A stretch of DNA of 64,000 nucleotides from Anaerolineales bacterium (GTDB lineage: Bacteria > Chloroflexota > Anaerolineae > Anaerolineales > E44-bin32): contig DAOUDW010000087.1 in the NCBI GenBank assembly GCA_034430895.1, positions 4,408 to 68,407 on the forward strand, written 5' to 3'. Below the pieces are notes generated by a model that was given only the letters and a program-made list of their open reading frames with translations, was not told the origin of the DNA and did no database searches. Made by a program: the position numbers and the translations under genes. Position 1 is the stretch's first letter. Each line of letters starts with the position of its first letter. Positions 9,660 through 18,003 of this stretch are shown here, piece by piece.

Positions 9660-10871
9660 CTATTGAAGCCACATCATGTTCGAAATGCTCTGGCCCTCAG
9701 AAAGACCGATATCGAGTGATGTGACTTCATAAGTAACCAGATCAACTATGTATGAATGATATACAGGCCCTGGATCGACGGATGTAAAAGCTAGCTGTAA
9801 TCCATCAGGTGATACAGATGACAGGTATGATATGTCATGCGGGATAGAAACCTCTTCTTCAAGATCACCTGATGCAGAATAAAGGTAGTGATGATACTCG
9901 TCGAGGACAGGATCACCAGTGACGATCTGTACTAACAAACGCTGCCCGCCATCTATCCATAGCCACGCATCGCACCAAAATTGCTTATCTTCCAGTGGAT
10001 GTGTTAGCTTGACCTCGCCGGACAATTCGGCATCTACAATATATAGTGCTGGTTGATAGACACCTTCTATTTCTGCAAGCCTAAACGTAACAAGACGATC
10101 TCCTTTTGGAGAGAATACGGGAGACGAGAGATTTTCCAATTCCTCTAACCCGGAGCCATCAATTTTTGCCCGCCAGGTTCCCTGATTAAATATCCCCGCA
10201 TTTGAGACTAGACCTTCCTCCCACATAATTATTGAATTAGAGTGCGTATTATAGAGTCGTAAAATATCGCTTCCTTTTTGTGTGATCTTCTTTAGATCTG
10301 ATCCATCTTCGCGGACGGAATATATGAAATCTTGTCCTTGCTCTTGTCCAATGAACACAATCGTGTCTATCCCTGGGAGCCAATATGCTCGTGTGAAACC
10401 GGTTTCGCCTGACAAATTATTTGCGACGTCAATTATTTCTGATCTGTTGGGTGTACTGACCATAAGCCGCTCAGATTGAGAAATCAGAATTTTATCGCCA
10501 TCGGGAGATACTGCTTCGAGTCGATATCCCTCATCAACAACTTGCGTCAGTTTGCTAGAGCCAACATCGAATGAGAAAATCCCTAAAGAGGGGCACGCAT
10601 CAACACAGGTTTCGCTTGTGTCGAGTATTTCCAATAGCAAGGTTCCCGACCCGCCCAAGGGAGTAATTGTCGGACTCGGTTGTAGGGTAGGAGTCATCGT
10701 GGGGGAAGGCGTTGGCTCTAAGGTGCTTGTTGGCTCTTTCGTAGCCTCTTGCGAAGAAGGCGCGCTGGCTTTTTCAGAAGAACTACAAGCAGTAACGAGC
10801 ACGATTGCAAACAACCCGATGCAAACCAGAATCGGCGCATTATATCCAGTTCCTGTCGCTTTTTGCTGCAT
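9660..10871 (-). CDS. PD40/TolB-like beta-propeller lipoprotein (paralog 1)
   Basis: Signal plus lipobox (VLVTACSSS), PTSTLEPTPSPT linker, and repeated SPDGDK / SPKGDR / SPDGLQ PD40-type motifs. ATG at 10871 follows AGGAGGG. Confidence 0.65.
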   Translation of the reverse strand: MQQKATGTGYNAPILVCIGLFAIVLVTACSSSEKASAPSSQEATKEPTSTLEPTPSPTMTPTLQPSPTITPLGGSGTLLLEILDTSETCVDACPSLGIFSFDVGSSKLTQVVDEGYRLEAVSPDGDKILISQSERLMVSTPNRSEIIDVANNLSGETGFTRAYWLPGIDTIVFIGQEQGQDFIYSVREDGSDLKKITQKGSDILRLYNTHSNSIIMWEEGLVSNAGIFNQGTWRAKIDGSGLEELENLSSPVFSPKGDRLVTFRLAEIEGVYQPALYIVDAELSGEVKLTHPLEDKQFWCDAWLWIDGGQRLLVQIVTGDPVLDEYHHYLYSASGDLEEEVSIPHDISYLSSVSPDGLQLAFTSVDPGPVYHSYIVDLVTYEVTSLDIGLSEGQSISNMMWLQ

Positions 10872-10966
10872 CACACCCTCCTGAGAAATTCCCTCGTAGC
10901 AGAGCATCAAACCAAAGGATGCCATTGGCTTTCATTCGGGAACATATGAAAAGCGTAATCACAAAA

Positions 10967-12160
10967 TTAATAAAGCCACATCATACTTGCAATTGCTTGA
11001 TCCTCGGGAAGATCAAACTCAAGTGGCGTGACTTCATATGTAAGCAGATCGAGCAGGTAGAGATCGTGGTTTGTTAAAAATAGCTGTAATCCGTCGGGGG
11101 ATACCTTTGTGTCTGACATCGGAAACGGAATATCAACTTCTTCTTCAAGCGCACCTGATGCAGAGAATATGAAAGAATACTGATGAATTTCGTAAGATGG
11201 CAATTCTTCGTCGACACTTACCAACAGATTCTTTCCGCCCCTTATCCATTGGATGTAAAGCCCATAATGCCGCCCGACAAGGTCAAATTCGATCGGAAGC
11301 GCAAGTTGAACTGCCTCCGATAAGTCTGCCGATGCTATATAAAATACCACATCAAATCCCGACGTTATTTCCCAATATGCAAGATGAGCTCCGGTTGGAG
11401 AGTAAACAGATCCCCTTATTTCCTTCAGGGTTTCCTGATTGGAGCCGTCCATGTTAGCTTTATGCCAAAGGGGGGGGGCAAAGTAAATTGAATTTTTGTC
11501 CTGTTCTAGCCACATGATTGAATTGCTTGAGTGAGTATTGGCAAGGCACCACAACTCCGCCCCTTGTTGTGTAATTTTCTTCAAATCCGTTCCATCTTCG
11601 CGAACAGAATATACATAATCTTGTCCTTGATCTTGCCCAAGAAAAACAATCGTGTCTGTTCCAGGAAGCCAATATGCCCTGGTACTATGACTGTCATTCC
11701 CTAGAAAATTCTGCGCAATGGCAACGAATTCCGATTCGTTGAGCAGTGCGAGCATAAGGTTTTCGGATTGAGAAACCAGGAATTTGTCGCCGTTGGGCGA
11801 TACGGCTTCAAGTGCGTATCCATCATCAGTAACCCTGGTGAATTCACCCGAGACGACATCGAGCGCGAATATTCCCAGATAATCATCAAATGTGGTTGGC
11901 CGCAGATCCAGGAGCACAACCCCCGACCCGCCTAAAGGAGTGGGGGTGACCGTCGGGCTTGGGCTGGGCGTTGGCGTCGACGAGGGAGAAGGCGTTGGCT
12001 CTAAGGTATCGGTTGGTTCTTTCGTGGCCTCCGGCGAAGGCGGCGCGCTGGTGACCGCAGACGAACTGCAGGACGTCATGAGCGTGATTAAGAATAGCAC
12101 GATGAAGATGGAAATGAGAGCGGTTGTTCCATACCAAAATCCCGCCGCTTTTTGTTTCAT
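10967..12160 (-). CDS. PD40/TolB-like beta-propeller lipoprotein (paralog 2)
   Basis: Same architecture as 9660-10871 and collinear with it (…AYWLPG.DTIVF.GQ.QGQD..YSVREDG.DLKKITQ…). ATG at 12160 follows GGGAGGA. Confidence 0.65.
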   Translation of the reverse strand: MKQKAAGFWYGTTALISIFIVLFLITLMTSCSSSAVTSAPPSPEATKEPTDTLEPTPSPSSTPTPSPSPTVTPTPLGGSGVVLLDLRPTTFDDYLGIFALDVVSGEFTRVTDDGYALEAVSPNGDKFLVSQSENLMLALLNESEFVAIAQNFLGNDSHSTRAYWLPGTDTIVFLGQDQGQDYVYSVREDGTDLKKITQQGAELWCLANTHSSNSIMWLEQDKNSIYFAPPLWHKANMDGSNQETLKEIRGSVYSPTGAHLAYWEITSGFDVVFYIASADLSEAVQLALPIEFDLVGRHYGLYIQWIRGGKNLLVSVDEELPSYEIHQYSFIFSASGALEEEVDIPFPMSDTKVSPDGLQLFLTNHDLYLLDLLTYEVTPLEFDLPEDQAIASMMWLY

Positions 12161-12281
12161 GAAATCCTCCCTGTTATTTACCTTGCACCAGTGAATCGAA
12201 TAAAAAAGCGCTGGCTTCAATAACCTTATTCAGAATACCCCATAAAGCGCTCAACCGCAAAACATACATCATTCACGCGGC

Positions 12282-12376
12282 AGGTGCCCGGATCCGGTTC
12301 GAGTCCGGAGCGTGTGAAATGGTCTCCACCTGGAGACAAATCTAGCCCTTTGGGGCAAATCAAACGGAGGTAAGCG
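12282..12376 (+). promoter_or_regulatory. structured 5' leader of the SH3b-like gene (three predicted hairpins, first one tRNA T-arm-like)
   Basis: TCCGG-TTCGAGT-CCGGA, GTCTCC-ACCT-GGAGAC and GCCC-TTTG-GGGC hairpins precede GGAGG-ATG. Duplicated at 9450-9560 with stem-preserving changes. Confidence 0.35.
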
Positions 12377-12673
12377 ATGAGCAGAACGTTTTATGTAATC
12401 GGAGACGCAGACGATCTGGGGGTGGATGAAATGGTCAAATTGCTAGTCAGGCAAGATCCAGATGAGACCATTACGATCCTGCCCATGTTCACCCGTCCAT
12501 CATTAAACGACGGCGGCACCTGGCTGGGCGATCTGGAGGCTGGGAGCGAGGTCGTGCTGCAGGGGGTCAACGCCGATCGCACGGCCTGCCTGGTCGAAGG
12601 ACTCACCATGCAGGGCTGGAGCACGATGGGCTGGGTGGCCTGCAACCGGCTGCGTTTCGACGCAATGGATTGA
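12377..12673 (+). CDS. small SH3b-like protein (copy 2), no signal peptide
   Basis: 98-aa ORF. Its last 65 aa are near-identical to the C-terminus of the 8868-9356 product. Confidence 0.55.
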   Translation: MSRTFYVIGDADDLGVDEMVKLLVRQDPDETITILPMFTRPSLNDGGTWLGDLEAGSEVVLQGVNADRTACLVEGLTMQGWSTMGWVACNRLRFDAMD

Positions 12674-12805
12674 TGGTTCCCCGGAGTAGTACGCCGCTTG
12701 AAACATGTGATAGACGAGTGCCCTGCTGATCGGGATAATTCTTTTGCCTCGAATTCTCATAAATCCATCCGTGAGTAGTTCGTAAGATCAACAAGTGCGT
12801 TCATT

Positions 12806-12831
12806 CGAACGGATTTCCATTTTCGGCCAGC
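12806..12831 (+). repeat. short interspersed repeat, GAACGGATnnnCATTTTCGGCCAGC type
   Basis: gaacggatttccattttcggccagc matches 54943-54966 at 22 of 25 positions, and also matches 57641-57664. Confidence 0.6.
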
Positions 12832-12973
12832 GAAGCTCGTGCCCTTGAGCCTCCATCCACAAGGGAATATACTCTCTTCATTCGGGCTCGATTTTGTCTA
12901 CAATGTTCCAAGGACATGCAAGGATCACACCTCACCCGCCGGGTTGAAATGGCGCAGGAGGTGCGTAGGAGAT

Positions 12974-13597
12974 ATGTGTGTGGATGGCCGGCGTGCGTTT
13001 TTTGAATCCCTGGCGGAAGGATGGGACGCAGAGCAACCTCCTAATCGCTTCGAAGTACTGCGGCGGATGTTGGAGCCTTTTGAGGCGGAGTTGAGGATTG
13101 CCAAAGCGATCCTGGAAGTCGGCACCGGTACAGGGGCGCTCATCCCTCATCTTCAGGAGCGCGCCACAGCCGCGCGACTGGTCTCGATCGACCTGGCGCA
13201 AGCCATGCTGCAGCATGCCCGGAAGCGCTGCCCGGATGCCTTACTGATACAGTGTGATGTGCACCGGCTGCCCTTCCCTGCGGGGTCGTTCGAACGGGGA
13301 TTCGATTGGGTGATCTGCCACAACAGCTTCCCGCATTTCTCGGACCCATTTTCGGCTGCAGCCGACATGGCGCGTGTGCTCTGCCGTGGCGGTCGCCTGC
13401 TCATCGTGCACGACCTCGGCCGGGCGCAGGTCAATACCATCCATCGGGGCATACCGAACCGCTTCGTCAAGGACGATCTGCTCCCCAGCGGGGCCGAGCT
13501 GGCCGAGATGCTGGCGCGGCGTGGTTTTGAGGTCCTTCAAGTCAAAGACAGCGCGAACCGCTATGCCGTGCATGCACAAATTCCAGAATGCAGCTAG
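12974..13597 (+). CDS. class I SAM-dependent methyltransferase
   Basis: Motif I ILEVGTGTGALIP with a downstream acidic loop SIDLAQ. ATG at 12974 follows AGGAGG/AGGAG. Confidence 0.8.
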   Translation: MCVDGRRAFFESLAEGWDAEQPPNRFEVLRRMLEPFEAELRIAKAILEVGTGTGALIPHLQERATAARLVSIDLAQAMLQHARKRCPDALLIQCDVHRLPFPAGSFERGFDWVICHNSFPHFSDPFSAAADMARVLCRGGRLLIVHDLGRAQVNTIHRGIPNRFVKDDLLPSGAELAEMLARRGFEVLQVKDSANRYAVHAQIPECS

Positions 13598-13778
13598 CAA
13601 GCCGCACTCATATCCCACAGGTTGGGTTGAGGGTCACCGAAACCCCGCACCTCTCCCGCGACGTATCCGAATTCAAGAATTTGAGAAGAATGAACCATCG
13701 AAAGTTAGCTGGTGTCATTTGTACTTATTCATTATCATTGTTCAGGTTAATGAGATTTATGGTGGGAGGCGAAAGAGA

Positions 13779-14936
13779 ATGAATTTCACATCGCGGTCTT
13801 GCAGGCTCCATTCCGCTAGGGTAGGTGAGTATAAGAAATTAATTCTCCTGAGCGATACGATCGCGCTACTCTTTCTTGGAGGGGTCGTTGGCTGCGCGCC
13901 GATTCAAAGCGGGCGGGAGCAGGAGGCCTTGAATACGGCAGCTTCACTTGCACGCACAGAAACTGCAACTGCCGCCAAGATTATTAGCGCTCAGCTCACA
14001 GATACTCCTACAGTAACCATCACCTTTACACCACCGCCGTCGGATACTCCAACGAGTACGCATTCCCCAACGCCGGAAGCTGGTGCGACGATGGTTTCGG
14101 AAAAAGACAGCATGACGATGGTCTACGTTCCAGCGGGACCATTCCTGATGGGAAGTTCCGAAGAGGAAATTGATATTGTCTCGGAATATTGTACCGAGAA
14201 ACAAGAAGAAAATAACTCGCCCTATACTGACACGCGCCATGATCCATGCCAAATATCGAATTATGACGACGAGCGCCCTCAACTCGAGGTATACCTGGAT
14301 GCGTTTTGGATCGATCAAACAGAGGTTACCAATGCCCAGTATAAACAATGCGTAACCGAAGGGCAATGCCTGTCTCCAACGAGAGACTGCCAACCAATCA
14401 ATCCAACCTATCTGGATTCGGATATGGGGAACTATCCCGTTGTGTGTGTAGATTGGTCTGGCGCGCAGGCGTATTGCGAGTGGGCAGGTCGTCGCCTGCC
14501 AACGAATGCCGAGTGGGAGAAGGCAGCACGCGGGACCGATGGAAGGATTTATCCATGGGGCAACGATACTCCGAGATGCTATTTAGCCAATACGCAAGCT
14601 TGTGTCGCCATGGCGGATGAAGTTGGTCTCAGGCTTGAAGGCGCCAGTCCGTACGGCGCGTTGGACATGCTGGGCAATGTCTCGGAATGGGTGGCCGATT
14701 GGTATGATAAGGATTATTACACCTATTCACCGAAGGATAATCCCCCAGGGCCAATATCATGGAACACTGGCATTGAGTCGCAGGATTGGGAGGTCCGTGT
14801 TGTCCGGGGCGGTTCATATCGTATCAGATCCTGGTTGACGCGAGCAGCCGAGAGGCAATATCGCGGTATGGGGATAATAATGTATGGCAGTATTGGATTC
14901 CGCTGTGTATTGCCAACAACGCCGGAGGAAAATTGA
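13779..14936 (+). CDS. lipoprotein with formylglycine-generating-enzyme (FGE/SUMF1) domain
   Basis: MVYVPAGPFLMGS, FWIDQTEVTNAQY, PVVCVDWSGAQAYCEWAGRRLPTNAEWEKAARG, GNVSEWVADWY and RVVRGGSY. N-terminal lipobox GGVVGC and PT-rich linker. Confidence 0.85.
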   Translation: MNFTSRSCRLHSARVGEYKKLILLSDTIALLFLGGVVGCAPIQSGREQEALNTAASLARTETATAAKIISAQLTDTPTVTITFTPPPSDTPTSTHSPTPEAGATMVSEKDSMTMVYVPAGPFLMGSSEEEIDIVSEYCTEKQEENNSPYTDTRHDPCQISNYDDERPQLEVYLDAFWIDQTEVTNAQYKQCVTEGQCLSPTRDCQPINPTYLDSDMGNYPVVCVDWSGAQAYCEWAGRRLPTNAEWEKAARGTDGRIYPWGNDTPRCYLANTQACVAMADEVGLRLEGASPYGALDMLGNVSEWVADWYDKDYYTYSPKDNPPGPISWNTGIESQDWEVRVVRGGSYRIRSWLTRAAERQYRGMGIIMYGSIGFRCVLPTTPEEN

Positions 14937-14937
14937 T

Positions 14938-14963
14938 CTGTAAAGGGAAAAACCGATATCCAT
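14938..14963 (-). repeat. degenerate copy of the CCTGTAGGG-GGAAAAAC interspersed repeat
   Basis: ctgtaaagggaaaaaccgatatccat matches 57531-57556 at 19 of 26 positions. It lies at the distal edge of the triplicated cassette. Confidence 0.35.
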
Positions 14964-15009
14964 TTCAGGATGCGGAGGAATTCATTCGAACGGGTGCACA
15001 TTTTCAGCC

Positions 15010-15097
15010 AGGACAGCCGGGCACGGGAGAAGCGCAGGCCGATCAGGGCGCCAATAAACCCGAAGACGAAGAGCTAAGCGACCAATCCCCAATCCAT
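15010..15097 (-). pseudogene. decayed third copy of the 50-codon microprotein gene
   Basis: Same GGAGGTATAACCC-ATG-GAT-TGG context as 16190 and 17290, but TAG at codon 8 (ATG GAT TGG GGA TTG GTC GCT TAG). Homology fades after about 85 nt. Confidence 0.5.
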
Positions 15098-15100
15098 GGG

Positions 15101-15718
15101 TTATACCTCCGTTTCTTCCGTTGAAGTCTTCGTTGCCTGCTTCTGTTCCCAGATGCGGTGCGAAATCGCTTGCGCCCCTATCAACATTCCCAGGATTGTA
15201 AGGATTCCTACGGACAACATAACGTAATCACCCCTACCACGATGTGATGAATACAAACCCATCAACACGCCTGCCCCCGACAAAGGCACAATGACGCGCC
15301 GGACCACTTGCAGATAGATCTTTCCTGCTTTTGACCGCGGCGTCATCTGCTCACGCAGGATCACCGCAGAGATCCTTGAATCGATGTAGGGCAGGAACCA
15401 CGCCAATGCATACAACGCCAGCAGCAGCAGAACCCATCCTGTCGAAATCGGGGATACCCAATCAATCATGCGTAATCCGCTTGCAAACAATAACAACAGC
15501 CAGGCATTGAAACTGATCTCACGTCCCCACAGGAAGCGAGTTCTTGCTGTGAGAACCATGCCGCATGTTCCCAGGAATGTCAGCGAGATGGCTGTGACAA
15601 CCGAGGTGGTTGTTGGGCCCGGGGGAAAGATCGCTTCCAGCAACCCTATTCCACCCAGGACGAAAAGGGAAAGTGCGAGAATTTTCCATAGGGGCATCTT
15701 CCTGGCCGGGATTTTCAT
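15101..15718 (-). CDS. polytopic membrane protein, cassette paralog C
   Basis: Collinear with 16194-16838 and 17294-17917 (…ILREQMTP…SHRIWEQKQATKTSTEETEV). ATG at 15718 follows GAGGTGG. Confidence 0.6.
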   Translation of the reverse strand: MKIPARKMPLWKILALSLFVLGGIGLLEAIFPPGPTTTSVVTAISLTFLGTCGMVLTARTRFLWGREISFNAWLLLLFASGLRMIDWVSPISTGWVLLLLALYALAWFLPYIDSRISAVILREQMTPRSKAGKIYLQVVRRVIVPLSGAGVLMGLYSSHRGRGDYVMLSVGILTILGMLIGAQAISHRIWEQKQATKTSTEETEV

Positions 15719-15794
15719 CGATTGTCCACCTCGTTTGGGTTGTACTCTGTGCCCAATGATAGCAGGCAAATGGGATCATCACATATCTACCTAA

Positions 15795-15971
15795 TCACCC
15801 GCCAAACAACCCGCCGAAGAAATCTCCTACGGCATCGGCTGCATCGCCTACTGCAGATTTCACATTGTCGATCCCATTCTCAACCGCGGTTCCAATATTA
15901 TTGGCTGTCTGTTCGAGAGTTGTCGCCACATCGGTTACCGTATTTCGCACGTCATCACCTGGAATGGGCAA
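15795..15971 (-). other. orphan duplicate of the 3' end of gene 18004-21066 (58 codons, only a TTG start)
   Basis: Translates to LPIPGDDVRNTVTDVATTLEQTANNIGTAVENGIDNVKSAVGDAADAVGDFFGGLFGG*. It is collinear with the last 52 residues of the 1020-aa protein, and an in-frame TGA lies immediately upstream. Confidence 0.5.
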
Positions 15972-16037
15972 TCAAGAGGCACTGCAATCCCCCATTTTAT
16001 TACTTGTCCCCACAACAAGCATCAAGTACGATGGTAG

Positions 16038-16190
16038 TCAGTCGGATTTCCTTTTATCTTGACCCTTATCTTTTTTCTCTTCTTCCTTCACTCGCTCTTC
16101 ACGCAACCGCCGGGCGCGGGAGAGCCGCAGGCCAATCAGTGCGCCGATGAACCCGAAGACGAAAAGACGAGTGACCAGTTCCCAATCCAT
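16038..16190 (-). CDS. 50-aa single-TM microprotein with lysine/arginine/glutamate-rich tail (copy 2)
   Basis: Not in the ORF track. [50 protein letters not shown]. The RBS GGAGG lies inside the last codons of the upstream gene (GAG GTA TAA CCC ATG). Confidence 0.55.
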   Translation of the reverse strand: MDWELVTRLFVFGFIGALIGLRLSRARRLREERVKEEEKKDKGQDKRKSD

Positions 16191-16193
16191 GGG

Positions 16194-16838
16194 TTATACC
16201 TCCGCTTCCTGATCCGAGGATTTCGTCTTGCGCGTCTGTTCCCATATCTGGTGGGAAAATGCTTGGGCACCAGCTAATGCGGATAAGATACCAACAATAC
16301 CCATAATGAGATATACAACATTTTCCTCACCCGATCGCGATGCATGTAATCCTGTCAGTGCGGCGATACCCCCGATGGTCGGCAGGCCCCCCAAAGCGAT
16401 ACTCATGCAGCCTTTCCCCAATCTCGTCTCCGGGGCCATTTGCTCGCGCAGTATGATGGAAGACAGCTTCGGTCTGAGGTAGGGCAACAACCAGGCCAAC
16501 GCGTATAGCACGAGAAACACCAGAAGCCACCCCGTCGGAATCAGGTAGACTTCATTTAGAGCACGCAATCCTGTGGCATAAATGATAAACATCCATGAAT
16601 GAAATGATATCAATAGACCCCAAAGGGTTCTTTTCCAAAATCCGAAAATAATGGATATCGGTCCAATTATTGTATGCAGAATACCGACCCAAATCGCTGT
16701 GGAAGAAATTCTATCAGGTGTAATAAAAATTAAAATGGCCGAAAAAAAGCTAAGGACAAGAAACAATCCAAATGACAAAAGAAATACATTTCCCCAGGTC
16801 CCATTTCGAGGTCTATTGTTCATCGACAAGTTATCCAT
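16194..16838 (-). CDS. polytopic membrane protein, cassette paralog B
   Basis: The C-terminal half is near-identical to paralog A (…[38 protein letters not shown]…[20 protein letters not shown]). The N-terminal half is divergent. Confidence 0.65.
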   Translation of the reverse strand: MDNLSMNNRPRNGTWGNVFLLSFGLFLVLSFFSAILIFITPDRISSTAIWVGILHTIIGPISIIFGFWKRTLWGLLISFHSWMFIIYATGLRALNEVYLIPTGWLLVFLVLYALAWLLPYLRPKLSSIILREQMAPETRLGKGCMSIALGGLPTIGGIAALTGLHASRSGEENVVYLIMGIVGILSALAGAQAFSHQIWEQTRKTKSSDQEAEV

Positions 16839-16892
16839 TCAATTGAGGTTTATTATTTCTCACTGCTAACAAGAAATCTATGATGCATGGTT

Positions 16893-17072
16893 TTATTTTC
16901 CTCCAAACAACTCGCCAAAGAAATCACCCACAGCTTCAGCTGCATCGCCGACTGTAGATTTCACATTGTCGATTGTATTATCAACCGCTGTACCAATAGT
17001 ATTCGCAGTCTGTTCGAGAGTTGCAGCCACATCGGTCACCGTATTTCGCACATCATCACCTGGAACGGGCAA
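16893..17072 (-). other. orphan duplicate of the 3' end of gene 18004-21066 (59 codons, only a TTG start)
   Basis: Translates to LPVPGDDVRNTVTDVAATLEQTANTIGTAVDNTIDNVKSTVGDAAEAVGDFFGELFGGK*. An in-frame TGA lies immediately upstream. Confidence 0.5.
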
Positions 17073-17137
17073 TCAAGAGGCATTGCAATCCCCAATTTAT
17101 TACTTGTCCCCATAACAAGCATCAAGATCGTCAGTGG

Positions 17138-17290
17138 TCAGTCGGATTTCCTTTTATCTTGACCCTTATCTTTTTTCTCTTCTTCCCTCACTCGATCTTC
17201 ACGCAACCGCCGGGCGCGAGAGAGCCGCAGGCCAATCGGGGCGCCGATGAACCCGAAGATGAAGAGACGAGCGACCAGTTCCCAATCCAT
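17138..17290 (-). CDS. 50-aa single-TM microprotein with charged tail (copy 1)
   Basis: Not in the ORF track. [50 protein letters not shown]. Same TAA-CCC-ATG coupling to the upstream gene. Confidence 0.55.
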   Translation of the reverse strand: MDWELVARLFIFGFIGAPIGLRLSRARRLREDRVREEEKKDKGQDKRKSD

Positions 17291-17293
17291 GGG

Positions 17294-17917
17294 TTATACC
17301 TCCGCTTCCTGATCCGAGGATTTCGTCTTGCGCGTCTGTTCCCAGATCTGGTGGGAAAATGCCTGGGAGCCGGCCAATGCGGTTAGGATACCTATAATAC
17401 CCATAATGAGATATACAACATTTTCCTCGCCCGATCGCGATGCATGTAACCCGATCACTGCGGCGATACTCCCGATGGTCGGTAAGCCGCCTAACGCGAT
17501 ACTCATGCAGCCTTTCCCCAATTTCGTCTCTGGGGCCATTTGCTCGCGCAGTATGATGGAAGACAACGCAGGTCTGAGGTAGGGCAGCAGCCAGGCCAAC
17601 GCATACATCACGAGAAACACCAGAAGCCACCCCATCGGGATCGGATAGGCTGCGTTCAGCGCGAATAATCCAGTTGCATATATGATAAACATCCATGAAT
17701 GCCCACCAAGAAAACGCGCCCATACAATCTTAGTCCTTGCTGATAATAGAACAGCTATTGCCCCCATAAGAGGATGAGAAACCGCGACAATAATTGCTAT
17801 AATTGATCCATTGGATATGAAGATTGGCATCAAGGAAAAGACGCCCAATATAATACAGTAAGAAAGCATTACAATCAGTACTTTCCATAAAGGCATATTC
17901 CTCACTGGGATTTCCAT
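17294..17917 (-). CDS. polytopic membrane protein, cassette paralog A
   Basis: 207-aa ORF with 5-6 hydrophobic helices. AAGGTGG RBS. Lies directly downstream of the 1020-aa gene. Confidence 0.65.
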   Translation of the reverse strand: MEIPVRNMPLWKVLIVMLSYCIILGVFSLMPIFISNGSIIAIIVAVSHPLMGAIAVLLSARTKIVWARFLGGHSWMFIIYATGLFALNAAYPIPMGWLLVFLVMYALAWLLPYLRPALSSIILREQMAPETKLGKGCMSIALGGLPTIGSIAAVIGLHASRSGEENVVYLIMGIIGILTALAGSQAFSHQIWEQTRKTKSSDQEAEV

Positions 17918-18003
17918 AAATCCACCACCTTTAGATTTTTTTAGGGATTATTTTGTCTTTCATCTAATAAAATAGTAACTAGAAAAAATCGACCATGTAA
18001 AAA

